DNA from: an uncultured Clostridia bacterium
Lineage (GTDB): Bacteria; Bacillota; Clostridia; TANB77; CAG-508
Length of the DNA stretch: 64,000 nt
Direction: 5' to 3'
Assembly: GCA_934162535.1 (NCBI GenBank)
Contig: CAKPJC010000010.1
Location: forward strand, 797 to 64,796
This document shows, in pieces, positions 18,050 through 29,396 of the stretch. The translations under genes and the position numbers were made by a program. The notes beneath the pieces are model-generated. The model saw only the letters and a program-made list of their open reading frames with translations, had not been told where the DNA came from and ran no database searches. The first letter of the stretch is position 1, and every line of letters starts with the position of its first letter.

Positions 18050-20227
18050 TCACCGTTTTAATATTTCAATTTTTTGTTCATATTCCTTAACATCATTTTT
18101 ATCATATCTTGAATTTTTATAATCTAATATATACTTTTCTTTTTCTTCTAACTCATTATTTAGCTGCTTCATATATTTATTTTGTATATCTTCATCATTT
18201 ATATTTGATATTATTTTTGTGAAATTTTGTAGTCTTTGTATTTGAAACAATGCATTATATTTTGCATAATTTTCAGTTTTCTTTATATATTCCAAAATAT
18301 ATTCCATTTCGTCATTATTGTCTTTGGTTTGTTGAACATAATATATAATATTGTTTAATACAATATTATCTGTTATTCCTTGCTCTGTTGCAATAAGATT
18401 TTTTATTATATGTTTTGCCTTATCTGTATCATTTTGCTTTTCATATATTTTCAATAGTCTTATTTTTACATCTTTATTATATGGCATTAATTTATTATAT
18501 GTTTCAAATATTTTTTCTTCTGTCCATTTTCCATCAATTATTGTAACCTCAGATGTTTTCTTAAAATTAAACTCCACTGCTGGTATATAAACAATAAATA
18601 TAGATATTATTATTAAAATATATACAATCCACTTATGTTTTATCGGCAGTTCTTTTTCTTCTTCATTATCTAATGTTGCCAATAGTAAAAACATTATTAT
18701 TTGCACATAATAAAATGACATGTCAAAATCAAAAAGGCTATGAGCAAATACAAATAAACTTCCTATACAAACACTTATTTTTGTAATATCACTATTTTGT
18801 TTTTTGAATTCTTTTACAAGTCTTGTTATTATATATATTTGTATTCCTAAACATGCTAAAAATCCAATTATACCATTTTCTAAAAATATTTGTAATGGAT
18901 AGCAATGTACTTCTAATGCAGTATAATTATATTCTTGTACTTTATATTGCATTGTTCTCCAAGCATTTGTTCCTTGTCCAAATATTATATTTTCTTTTGT
19001 ACCTTTTATAGCATCTTTCATGAATGTTATTCTTTCCCATGCACTTTTATTGGATAAAGTTATGTTGCTAATCTTTGCCACTATGCTTGTTGGTAGTATT
19101 TTATATTTAAGTATTATTTGTTCATTATTTAATTTAAAACTTTTTATATAAAATTTATTTTTTCCTTCTTTGTTATAAAAGTTTAGGTATATAACTGATG
19201 TCGATTCCTGAGTATGTATTTGTATGTTTTTTTTACCTGAATAATTTCCTACATCTATTTCTGTTTTTTGCACATCATCAAAATATTTGTCTTTTTCTGT
19301 AATTTTTATTATACAGTTTTTTTCAATTCTTGAATTTGTTTCTATTTCAAATTCAAAATTATAATTCATGTTTGGTTGTATTGAATATAGTATTTTTTGA
19401 TATTCAGTGTCAACATCTAACGTTTTGGGTATTTCTAATCCTATAGCAATATATATAATGATAAGAAATATTGCTATTCCTGTAATTATAGTATTTTTTT
19501 TATTTATTTTTTTATATTTGATGTATAGTATACATATAAATGCTATACTTATTATAGCAAATATTATATATACTAGTCTACTATATGTTAATATTAATGA
19601 TATAAACATTATTAAACTTGCTATTATATATAATATTTTCATTTTTTTATTTTGACATTCTAATGTTTTCCCTATACATAAAAATATTCCTAATCCAGCT
19701 ACAACAGCCATAGTGTTTGGATATGAAAATAATGAGCAAATTCTTGTTTCATCATATTTAATACTATTATAATTTACATACTCTTTCAAATTTGCAAAAT
19801 AGTTATTATTTACTTCATCTATCCCTATCACACATAATAACATTATACTTATTATTATTGTATTTATTATAGTACCTTTATACTGTGAATTATTTTTGCA
19901 TTCGTTTTTTGCAATTATATATATGCATATTATGTTTAAACTTTTTATTATCCCATGTATGTTTTCATTTAAACTTACATATGTTCTAAATATTAGTGGT
20001 ATTGTTGTTGAACTCATTAGTATAATTATTAATATGTCTATTTTATCGATTTTTATTTCTTCTTTTTTTATTATTTTTGCTATAAAATATATTAAACTAT
20101 ATATTCCGAAAACAATACACATTATTTGTGTATTGCTTCCTTTTAGTGGTGTACCTATTAATAATGTGCTCAACATTATTAATAGGATTAGTATTATTTT
20201 ATTTATTTTCTGTATCTTCTCTTTCAT
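18050..20227 (-). CDS. O-antigen ligase / Wzy_C-family polytopic membrane protein with a helical-repeat C-terminal domain.
   Basis: More than 10 predicted TM segments, a large loop, ..HCYPLQIFLENGIIGFLACLG (Wzy_C-like), and a C-terminal TPR-like soluble tail. Confidence 0.7.
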   Translation of the reverse strand: MKEKIQKINKIILILLIMLSTLLIGTPLKGSNTQIMCIVFGIYSLIYFIAKIIKKEEIKIDKIDILIIILMSSTTIPLIFRTYVSLNENIHGIIKSLNIICIYIIAKNECKNNSQYKGTIINTIIISIMLLCVIGIDEVNNNYFANLKEYVNYNSIKYDETRICSLFSYPNTMAVVAGLGIFLCIGKTLECQNKKMKILYIIASLIMFISLILTYSRLVYIIFAIISIAFICILYIKYKKINKKNTIITGIAIFLIIIYIAIGLEIPKTLDVDTEYQKILYSIQPNMNYNFEFEIETNSRIEKNCIIKITEKDKYFDDVQKTEIDVGNYSGKKNIQIHTQESTSVIYLNFYNKEGKNKFYIKSFKLNNEQIILKYKILPTSIVAKISNITLSNKSAWERITFMKDAIKGTKENIIFGQGTNAWRTMQYKVQEYNYTALEVHCYPLQIFLENGIIGFLACLGIQIYIITRLVKEFKKQNSDITKISVCIGSLFVFAHSLFDFDMSFYYVQIIMFLLLATLDNEEEKELPIKHKWIVYILIIISIFIVYIPAVEFNFKKTSEVTIIDGKWTEEKIFETYNKLMPYNKDVKIRLLKIYEKQNDTDKAKHIIKNLIATEQGITDNIVLNNIIYYVQQTKDNNDEMEYILEYIKKTENYAKYNALFQIQRLQNFTKIISNINDEDIQNKYMKQLNNELEEKEKYILDYKNSRYDKNDVKEYEQKIEILKR

Positions 20228-20237
20228 TTCTCCTCTT

Positions 20238-22277
20238 TTACTGCAAATAGTTTATTTTTGCATTGCATCTATAATTCCAATTACTGCTCCAACCACTTGG
20301 AAGTTGCCCTTCTTTAAATTGTATATTTATATTTTGTGTATTCTTCCAATTACAGAATATTCCTATATACAGATCATGTACAGTACTTGGTATTGTTATA
20401 TTTTTAAGATTATAACAAGCCTCAAAAGCATATTCTCCAATACAATTTATATTTTCTGGAATTTCAAACTGGGATAAGCTTGTACAACCTTGAAACATTC
20501 TATGATTAATTTTTGTCATTCTTTTTGAAATTTTTATAGTTTGCAATTTTGAGCAATATGATAAAAGGTCAGTTCCAGTATCAGTCACACTATCTGGTAT
20601 TTCTATTTTTTTTAATTCTTTACATCTAGAAAACACACCATTTTCTAGAGTGGTTATATTATTAGGAATAGTTATTTCTTCTAGACTTGCACATTGTGAA
20701 TAAGCACTATTCCCTAAAGTTGTTATACTGCTTGGTATTTTTGTATTTTTGCATGCACTTATTATTTTGTTTGTACTTGTTTCTACTATTGCATTACAAT
20801 TTTCTCTACTGTCATATTTTGTATTATTTATATCAACATTTATTATTTCTATGGGCGTACCTCCAAATAATGGTCCTTTAATATCAGTCACATTTTTGGG
20901 AATGGTTATACTTTTTAGGCTATTACAATCTGAAAATGCCATATTGTCAATACTTATTATACTTTCTGGTAATTTAATATTTGCTAGATTAGTACACTCC
21001 GAAAATGCACCATAGCCAATACTTGATATACTTTCTGGTAATTCAATATTTGTCAAATTAGAACACCCTGCAAATGAAAAAGCTTCTATTGTTGTTACAG
21101 TGTTAGGTATAGTAATTTTTGATATGCTTTCACAATCACAAAATGCTGATCTTCCAATATTTTTTATACCATTTGGAATTTTTACATCTTTTATACTTTT
21201 ACAGCTGTAGAATGCAGTACCTTCAATCGAAACTACTGTATTTGGTATAATTAGCTCAGATATATTTTCACAGTAACTAAAAGCTCCATATCCTATCTCT
21301 TTTATTCCTCCTTGTAATACTATTTCTGAAATATTTTTACATCCTGTAAACGCATCATTCCCTATTCTTTCTACATTTCCTGGTATTACTATTTTTCCTT
21401 CTAAATTAGTACAATATTTAAAAGCTCCTTGTTCAATAGAAGATAAACTGTTAGGCAAGATTAAACTTTTTACAGCTGTTTGTCCATTAAATGCATTTTT
21501 CCCTATTCTTTTTATTCCTGGTGAAATAATTATTTTTTCAAATTCTGGACTACTTGACATACAATAATGAATATTCTTATCATAACAAAAACTTCCTTCT
21601 TCTATTGTTATTATATCGTATGTCACACCATTCTCAGTAACAGTATTTGGAATCACTATATCTTTAATAATGTTTTCTCCATCTTTTATTGCACGAATTG
21701 CCTTATATTCTACATTTAAGTAATATTCTTTATTATACAGTGCATATTCTTCTTTTATGCCTGTTAATGTTGCAGTTTTATTGGTTTTATCTAGTACATA
21801 TGTAAAGTAATCAGTATTTGCTATAGATGTATTATCTTCTGCCATTGCAATTTCATCAATTAATTTGTTTTTTCTATCTTTATCATAATAGTTAAGCTTA
21901 TAGTCTCCTCCACCCATATCTTCTAATATATATACATCTTTATAGTCTTTTCCTTTCCCTGTTTTTATTTTTTTGTTTTCCATATTTTTTACATTTACAG
22001 TATTATCTTCGTTAAGGAATTTTCCGCCAGCATCTGATTTTAAGAAATCAGAAAAATTTTCGGCTTGATCTGCGTCCTTCTTATAAAAATCTACAGTCTT
22101 TAGCTTAAATTCTTCTCTAATAATTGAGTGACTATGTTCTATAGCAGCCTCATTAGCTTCTCCAATAATTCCACCATCTCGTAAAGTTTTAATACTTATC
22201 CCTGCTAAAATCATTAATACCATAATAGTTACTATTAATGCTATTAGAGTTATCCCTTTTTGACTTTTCTTTTTCAT
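20238..22277 (-). CDS. BspA-type leucine-rich-repeat surface protein with a prepilin-like (class III) N-terminal signal.
   Basis: MKKKSQKGITLIALIVTIMVLMILAGISI, then more than 12 repeats of the form IPxxVxxIGxxAFxxCxxL (for example IPNTVVSIEGTAFYSCKSIKDVK). Start set at ATG 22277 (AGAGAGGA RBS). The longer track ORF would overlap the upstream gene. Confidence 0.8.
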   Translation of the reverse strand: MKKKSQKGITLIALIVTIMVLMILAGISIKTLRDGGIIGEANEAAIEHSHSIIREEFKLKTVDFYKKDADQAENFSDFLKSDAGGKFLNEDNTVNVKNMENKKIKTGKGKDYKDVYILEDMGGGDYKLNYYDKDRKNKLIDEIAMAEDNTSIANTDYFTYVLDKTNKTATLTGIKEEYALYNKEYYLNVEYKAIRAIKDGENIIKDIVIPNTVTENGVTYDIITIEEGSFCYDKNIHYCMSSSPEFEKIIISPGIKRIGKNAFNGQTAVKSLILPNSLSSIEQGAFKYCTNLEGKIVIPGNVERIGNDAFTGCKNISEIVLQGGIKEIGYGAFSYCENISELIIPNTVVSIEGTAFYSCKSIKDVKIPNGIKNIGRSAFCDCESISKITIPNTVTTIEAFSFAGCSNLTNIELPESISSIGYGAFSECTNLANIKLPESIISIDNMAFSDCNSLKSITIPKNVTDIKGPLFGGTPIEIINVDINNTKYDSRENCNAIVETSTNKIISACKNTKIPSSITTLGNSAYSQCASLEEITIPNNITTLENGVFSRCKELKKIEIPDSVTDTGTDLLSYCSKLQTIKISKRMTKINHRMFQGCTSLSQFEIPENINCIGEYAFEACYNLKNITIPSTVHDLYIGIFCNWKNTQNINIQFKEGQLPSGWSSNWNYRCNAKINYLQ

Positions 22278-22387
22278 ATGTATCCTCTCTTTCTTTTTAT
22301 ATATTTTATTATAATAAAATGTTTTTGTAAATACTTTATAAGCAAAAAATACCTTCAAACACATCATGTTTAAAAGTATTTTTATTA

Positions 22388-22948
22388 TTATTTTTTTAAC
22401 CACCCATTATATTTAGTAATAATTAACTGAGCAACTTCTTCTGGTTTCATATTTGTTGTATCTATGACAAGATCATAATTTGACATATCATCTTTATGTA
22501 CATTATATAATTTAAAATATCTCTCATTTTCTAATCTATATCTCTTTTGCATATCTGCTTTTTGCTCCTCAACAGTAGCAAAACTTTCTGTACTTTTCCT
22601 TTTCGAATCATTAAATGCTCTTTGTGCCGCTACATCAATATCGACTCTCAAATAAATTTTGAAAGACTCTGGAACAGCATACCAACCTAAACGAGCATCT
22701 ATTATAAACTCATTATGGTCTTTGGCATATTCTGATGCACTTTTCTCAATTTGTAAGTCTATTTCTGGATGTTCTGCTAAATATGCATTAAAACTTGTTA
22801 TATCTAGCCCCATATCTTTAGCTAATTTTCTTGCATATTCTCCATTTCTATAAATTCCATATCCTAACTCTTTTATTAATATTTCTGATACTGTTCCTTT
22901 TCCAGAAGCTAAATCTCCTGCAAGTGAAATTATTTTCTTTTTTTCCAT
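22388..22948 (-). CDS. Cytidylate-kinase-like family P-loop kinase.
   Basis: IISLAGDLASGKGT P-loop variant, ..FIIDARLGWYAV.., ..YDLVIDTT... 186 aa. Confidence 0.6.
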   Translation of the reverse strand: MEKKKIISLAGDLASGKGTVSEILIKELGYGIYRNGEYARKLAKDMGLDITSFNAYLAEHPEIDLQIEKSASEYAKDHNEFIIDARLGWYAVPESFKIYLRVDIDVAAQRAFNDSKRKSTESFATVEEQKADMQKRYRLENERYFKLYNVHKDDMSNYDLVIDTTNMKPEEVAQLIITKYNGWLKK

Positions 22949-22954
22949 AAATTT

Positions 22955-23194
22955 CTACTCTCCTAATTTACTTTTTTCTTCTTCTTCCTTTACTATCTCT
23001 TCTGGCTCAATTATTTTTACTTTTCCTTCAGCAATTTCGTTTGCTGCAAGTGTAACTGCTGATTCCTCATCAACATCTGTTTTTATTTCAGCACCACTTG
23101 ATATTTGTCTTGCTCTCTTTGATGTAGCAATAACTAATTCATATCTGTTTCTTGCTAATTTTAATAGTTCTGACACAGTAGGTTTTACTATCAT
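22955..23194 (-). CDS. rpoZ: DNA-directed RNA polymerase subunit omega.
   Basis: ..LLKLARNRYELVIATSKRARQI.., small size, and position after remA. Confidence 0.9.
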   Translation of the reverse strand: MIVKPTVSELLKLARNRYELVIATSKRARQISSGAEIKTDVDEESAVTLAANEIAEGKVKIIEPEEIVKEEEEKSKLGE

Positions 23195-23218
23195 TTTATA
23201 CTCCTCCTTTTATTTTTA

Positions 23219-23500
23219 CTACATTTTTGATTCTGTTGCTGGTTGTTGTGGTGTTATATCTTTGTCTACTCTCCCTGCTACAGTTTCTGGTTGAACAGCA
23301 GATAAAATTATATGACCTGAGTCCATTATTAATACTGCTCTTGTACGTCTCCCATATGTTGCATCAACTGCTGTTTTAGCGTCTTTTGCCTCTTGTACCA
23401 TTCTTTTTATTGGTGCAGATTCTGGACTTACAATTGCAACTATTTTGTTTGCTGATACTATGTTTCCAAATCCTATATTTACTAATTGCATTTTCATCAT
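23219..23500 (-). CDS. remA: RemA / DUF370 family regulator.
   Basis: [54 protein letters not shown]. Confidence 0.9.
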   Translation of the reverse strand: MMKMQLVNIGFGNIVSANKIVAIVSPESAPIKRMVQEAKDAKTAVDATYGRRTRAVLIMDSGHIILSAVQPETVAGRVDKDITPQQPATESKM

Positions 23501-23505
23501 CCTTT

Positions 23506-24381
23506 CTATTCAATATTTTGTACTTGTTCTCTTATGTCTTCTAAAATTGTTTTTATATCTACAACCCTATTTGTGATTTCAAGATTATTTGCCTTTGACC
23601 CAATTGTATTTGTTTCACGATTTATTTCTTGTATCAAGAAGTCCATCTTTTTTCCAATTGCTTCATTATTATGTAATAGGTCTTTTAATTGTAATATATG
23701 ACTTTTTATTCTAGTTATTTCTTCTTCTACAGAGCATTTATCTGCATATATTACAACTTCTTGTAATAATCTTGATTTATCAATATCATCTGTTTTTAAT
23801 ATTTCTTTTATCCTCGCTTCTAATTTTACTACATATTCGTCAATAAGTCCAGTAGATAAGCCAAATATTTCCTCCGTTTTTTCCTCTATTTGAGATATTC
23901 TATCTAATATGTCTTTTGAAATTTGTTCTCCTTCTTTTGTTCTCATTTCTACAAGTTTGTTTGTTGCATCATTTACGACCTGTAATATTTCCTCTTTTAT
24001 TGCACTTTCATCAAAATTGCTTTTAATCTTCAGTACATCAGGGAATTTTGATATTTCTGTGACTTCTATATTTGATGAAATATTTTCCTCTATAGCAAGT
24101 CTTTTTAGTTCTCTTATATATATTTTGGCAAGTTCAGTATTTATTTTTACCTCATTTGCTTCTTGTCCGTAGTCTTCAAATGTTATTGATATATCAACTT
24201 TTCCTCTTTTTATTCTTGAAGCTATTGCCTTTCTTATGTCATCTTCTAAATAACTTATTATTCTTGGCATTTTTATGTTTATATCACTATATTTGTGATT
24301 TACTGTTTTTATTTCTACTTGATATTCCCTAGAATTTACACATAATGTACTTTTTCCATATCCTGTCATGCTTTTTATCAT
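23506..24381 (-). CDS. yicC: YicC-family stress-induced protein (endoribonuclease YicC/YloC).
   Basis: N-terminal MTGYGKS.., C-terminal [34 protein letters not shown]. Confidence 0.9.
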   Translation of the reverse strand: MIKSMTGYGKSTLCVNSREYQVEIKTVNHKYSDINIKMPRIISYLEDDIRKAIASRIKRGKVDISITFEDYGQEANEVKINTELAKIYIRELKRLAIEENISSNIEVTEISKFPDVLKIKSNFDESAIKEEILQVVNDATNKLVEMRTKEGEQISKDILDRISQIEEKTEEIFGLSTGLIDEYVVKLEARIKEILKTDDIDKSRLLQEVVIYADKCSVEEEITRIKSHILQLKDLLHNNEAIGKKMDFLIQEINRETNTIGSKANNLEITNRVVDIKTILEDIREQVQNIE

Positions 24382-24383
24382 TT

Positions 24384-24932
24384 TTATTTTACCTCTTCTT
24401 TTTTACTATTTTTTCTTTTTGATGCTTTTTTTATTGGTTCATCTTTTACTATCTCTTTTATGTCACTATATTTTTTTAGTTCTTGTTGTTTTTCTATTGT
24501 ATATAGTATTGTTGATTTTAACATATAATATAATGCAAATATATATGAGCCAACTAATATATATGTTTGTGTACTACATTCTAGTTGTTTTGGTATATGT
24601 TTTATTAATAATGTAAATATGGCTAATACCAAAAATTCCAGTCCATATATTAATATTCCGTCATCTTCTTTTTTATATGATAGTTCTATCATTAATATTG
24701 ATAGTCCCAAAAATACTAGACTTGATATGTTTATGTATTTTGATAATATTTCTGTTGTTACAACTTCATATTGAATATTAAAAAATAAAAAATATATCAT
24801 TATTATTGATGAATATGCTAAGTTTGCTAATACATTTCCTGTTATAACATTATTTATGTTTTTGAATATTTCTTTTATACTTACTTTTTTTGTTTCTTTT
24901 TCTTCTGAATTAATTTCTATCATTTTTATCAA
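24384..24932 (-). CDS. Hypothetical integral membrane protein.
   Basis: 182 aa, about 4 hydrophobic segments, Lys-rich tail, no recognised motif. Confidence 0.5.
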   Translation of the reverse strand: MIKMIEINSEEKETKKVSIKEIFKNINNVITGNVLANLAYSSIIMIYFLFFNIQYEVVTTEILSKYINISSLVFLGLSILMIELSYKKEDDGILIYGLEFLVLAIFTLLIKHIPKQLECSTQTYILVGSYIFALYYMLKSTILYTIEKQQELKKYSDIKEIVKDEPIKKASKRKNSKKEEVK

Positions 24933-24937
24933 CCTTT

Positions 24938-25678
24938 CTAGCCTTCTAACTCATACATTAATATGCTTAATGTGTTTAGTGCTACCGTTTCTGTTCTTAA
25001 TATTCTTTTTCCAAGTGTTACTATTTTTGCATTTTTCTTTTTTAATTCTTCTATCTCGTTTTCGTCTATTCCACCTTCTGGTCCTATAACTACTGCAATC
25101 TTTATATCTTTTTTGTTTTGTTCCTTTATTTTTACTATTTCTTGTTTTAATGTATTTTGCTCTTCATTTTCGTAACAAACTATTGTTGAATCATATTCAT
25201 TACTTGCTATTTGATTTATTTTGATTATTTCTTTTATTTGAGGTATATATGTTCTTCCACATTGTTTTGAAGCACTCTCAGATATTTTTTGCCATCTTTC
25301 TATTTTTTTTATTTCGTCTTTACCACTAAGTTTTACTACGCATCTTTTCATTGATACAGGTATTATTGAGTTTGCACCTAGTTCTACTGATTTTTGTATT
25401 ATTAATTCCATTTTTTCCGACTTTGGTAATCCTTGATATATGTCGATTTTTATTTTACTTTCATTTTTTTCCAATTCTTGTATTATTTTGGTTAAAATTT
25501 TGTTTTCTTCTATTTTTTCTATTTGAGAAATATATGATTTTTCGGTTTCTTCATCACATATTTCTATTTTATCCCCTATCTTTGTTCTTAATGCATTTTT
25601 TATGTGATTTACGTCTTTACCTATTATTTCTATGCAATTTCCTTGTATTTGATTTGTTTTTACAAAAAATCTTGGCAT
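24938..25678 (-). CDS. rsmE: 16S rRNA (uracil1498-N3)-methyltransferase RsmE.
   Basis: MPRFFV.. start, ..VVIGPEGGIDENEI.., LGKRILRTETVAL. Confidence 0.9.
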   Translation of the reverse strand: MPRFFVKTNQIQGNCIEIIGKDVNHIKNALRTKIGDKIEICDEETEKSYISQIEKIEENKILTKIIQELEKNESKIKIDIYQGLPKSEKMELIIQKSVELGANSIIPVSMKRCVVKLSGKDEIKKIERWQKISESASKQCGRTYIPQIKEIIKINQIASNEYDSTIVCYENEEQNTLKQEIVKIKEQNKKDIKIAVVIGPEGGIDENEIEELKKKNAKIVTLGKRILRTETVALNTLSILMYELEG

Positions 25679-25767
25679 TAATCTATCTCCTTTTTCACTT
25701 TATCTAATATATCATTTTAATTACAATATGTCAAGATGGGATTTTGAACATAAGCTATGCAAGTGCC

Positions 25768-25800
25768 TAAAAGAAGCCACTTTGCAGTGACCTCTTTTTT
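25768..25800 (-). terminator. Terminator downstream of eno.
   Basis: AAAAGAAGCCACT-TTGC-AGTGACCTCTTTTT, 11 of 13 positions paired, with A/T runs on both sides. Confidence 0.55.
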
Positions 25801-25832
25801 TATTTATTAAGACTTTAGTACTTTTATCTTTT

Positions 25833-27152
<1,320 letters not shown>

Positions 27153-27839
27153 CTATGACTTTTTAAATTTATTACTAATAATTTGGTTTGTAGTCGTATG
27201 CTCCTGAACTTGTGAAGCTAAATACTCAACTCTTTGATTTTCTTTAAAATCTGTTGTTTCAAAAGTAATTATATTGTTTTTTCTTTTTAAGTATATCCCT
27301 GTTTCATATTCTTCGTCTTTTCTCTTACTTGGCCTTCTATTTGCTAAATATTTCTCTAACGCTTCTTTTTCTAGCTTTGTACGAGGTTCTATGTTTAAAT
27401 ATTTGTATCTCCAATATATGTGATGTGCATAATGTTCTTCATTATTGCCCATTATTCTATCATAATTGTATTGGATTTTAAATCTATTGTTATGAATTGA
27501 TATTGTCAAATTTGTCCATATTGGCTGTTTTGACTTTCTAAATTCTTCTCTTAATTCTTTTATATCATCATATAATAAATCTACTATTTTTAAATATTCT
27601 TCTTCTTCTATATCATATTTATTAGGAATTTCATATACATTTATATATTTCCTTTTTATTATACCTTTTGGCATGAAATAAAAATACATTTCACCTGTTT
27701 GTAGTCTACCCAGCCTTTCAACAATTGATGCATAAAGGTATAATTCGTCCCACTTTCCAGGGACAGCATAAAATATTCTTTTTTGTATTTCTTCATATAA
27801 TTCTTTTATTCTTTTTGTATTATTTAACACTTCTTCCAC
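27153..27839 (-). CDS. YezG/DUF600-family immunity-protein homolog with a roughly 60-aa C-terminal extension.
   Basis: Collinear resemblance to B. subtilis YezG as I recall it: IKELYEEIQ..VPGKWDELYLYASI..GEMYFYFMPKG..YEIPNKYDI..LYDDIKELREEF..PIWTNLTISI..FKIQYNYD..IYWRYKYLNIEP. Confidence 0.65.
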   Translation of the reverse strand: MEEVLNNTKRIKELYEEIQKRIFYAVPGKWDELYLYASIVERLGRLQTGEMYFYFMPKGIIKRKYINVYEIPNKYDIEEEEYLKIVDLLYDDIKELREEFRKSKQPIWTNLTISIHNNRFKIQYNYDRIMGNNEEHYAHHIYWRYKYLNIEPRTKLEKEALEKYLANRRPSKRKDEEYETGIYLKRKNNIITFETTDFKENQRVEYLASQVQEHTTTNQIISNKFKKS

Positions 27840-27842
27840 CTT

Positions 27843-29375
27843 TTATTTTATTAATATGCTTTCTCCTGTCATTTCCTTTGGCTTTTCTATATTTAATATT
27901 TCCAACATAGTTGGTGCTAAATCAGCTAATTTTCCTGATTTTATTTTTAAATCCTTATTTTCTGTAACTAATATTAATGGAACTGGATTTGTTGTGTGTG
28001 CAGTGTGTGGCTCCCCTGTTTTATAATCTATCATTTGTTCACAGTTTCCATGGTCTGCAGTTATAATTAATGTTCCATTTTGTTTTAATATTGCATCAAC
28101 AACTTTTTCAATGCATTTGTCTATTGCTTCTACAGCTTTTATTGTAGCTGGTAAATTTCCAGTATGCCCAACCATATCAGGGTTTGCATAATTTAGTATT
28201 ATTGCATTATATTTATTACTTTCTATTGCATTGACTACATTTTCTGTTACTTCATTTGCACTCATTTCAGGTTGTAAGTCATATGTGGCAACTTTTGGAG
28301 ATGGTACTAAGATTCTGTCTTCTCCTGGATATTGTTTTTCTTCTCCTCCATTGAAGAAAAATGTTACATGTGCATATTTTTCAGTTTCAGCAATTCTTAA
28401 TTGTGTTAATCCATTTTTACTTAAAACTTCTCCAAATGTATTTATAAGTGGCTCTTTTTTGAATGCTATTTTTACATTTGGCATTGTTTCATCATAATTT
28501 GTAAAACATACAAAATATATATCATTTTTCTCAGTTTCAAATTCATTAAAATCTTTATCTACTAGAGTTCTTGTTATTTCTCTTGCTCTATCTGGTCTAA
28601 AATTGAAGAATATTACTGAATCATGTTCTTTTATTGTCGCTATAGGCTTTTCACCATTGCATATAACTGTTGGTTCAACAAATTCATCAAATACCTCTTT
28701 TTGATATGAATTTTCTATAGCAATTGTTGCAGATGGTGCTTTTTGCCCTTCTCCTTTTACTAATGCATCATAACATTTTTTTACTCTTTCCCATCTTTTG
28801 TCTCTATCCATTGCATAGTATCTTCCACAAATACTTGCTATTTTACCTATTTGTTTTTCCTTCATTTTTTCTTCTAATTGTAATAGATAGCCTTCTGCTG
28901 AAGCAGGTGGAGTATCTCTCCCATCTAAAAAGCAATGCACATAGACATTTTCAAAATCTCTTCTTTTTGCCATTTCAAGTAATCCATATAGATGTCTTAT
29001 ATGACTATGAACACCACCATCTGATACCAGTCCCATTATGTGTAGTTTAGAATTGTATTTTTTACAGTTTTCTATTGCATCTGTAAATTCAGGAATAGTA
29101 AAAAAGTCTCCATCCTCAATTGATTTAGTTATTTTAGTTAATTCTTGGTATACTATTCTTCCAGCTCCTATATTTGTATGGCCTACTTCAGAGTTCCCCA
29201 TTTGTCCTTCAGGTAATCCAACTTGTAAACCACTTGTATATATTTCAGTTGTTTGGTATTTTTTCATTAGTTTATCAATATTAGGTGTTTTGGCTAATTT
29301 TATTGCATTTCCGTCTTTATTTTCATTAATGCCAAAACCATCTAGTATCATTAGCATTACTGGTTTTTCTTCCAT
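27843..29375 (-). CDS. gpmI: 2,3-bisphosphoglycerate-independent phosphoglycerate mutase.
   Basis: [37 protein letters not shown]. Confidence 0.97.
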   Translation of the reverse strand: MEEKPVMLMILDGFGINENKDGNAIKLAKTPNIDKLMKKYQTTEIYTSGLQVGLPEGQMGNSEVGHTNIGAGRIVYQELTKITKSIEDGDFFTIPEFTDAIENCKKYNSKLHIMGLVSDGGVHSHIRHLYGLLEMAKRRDFENVYVHCFLDGRDTPPASAEGYLLQLEEKMKEKQIGKIASICGRYYAMDRDKRWERVKKCYDALVKGEGQKAPSATIAIENSYQKEVFDEFVEPTVICNGEKPIATIKEHDSVIFFNFRPDRAREITRTLVDKDFNEFETEKNDIYFVCFTNYDETMPNVKIAFKKEPLINTFGEVLSKNGLTQLRIAETEKYAHVTFFFNGGEEKQYPGEDRILVPSPKVATYDLQPEMSANEVTENVVNAIESNKYNAIILNYANPDMVGHTGNLPATIKAVEAIDKCIEKVVDAILKQNGTLIITADHGNCEQMIDYKTGEPHTAHTTNPVPLILVTENKDLKIKSGKLADLAPTMLEILNIEKPKEMTGESILIK

Positions 29376-29396
29376 TTATCAACATTCCTTTCAAGG

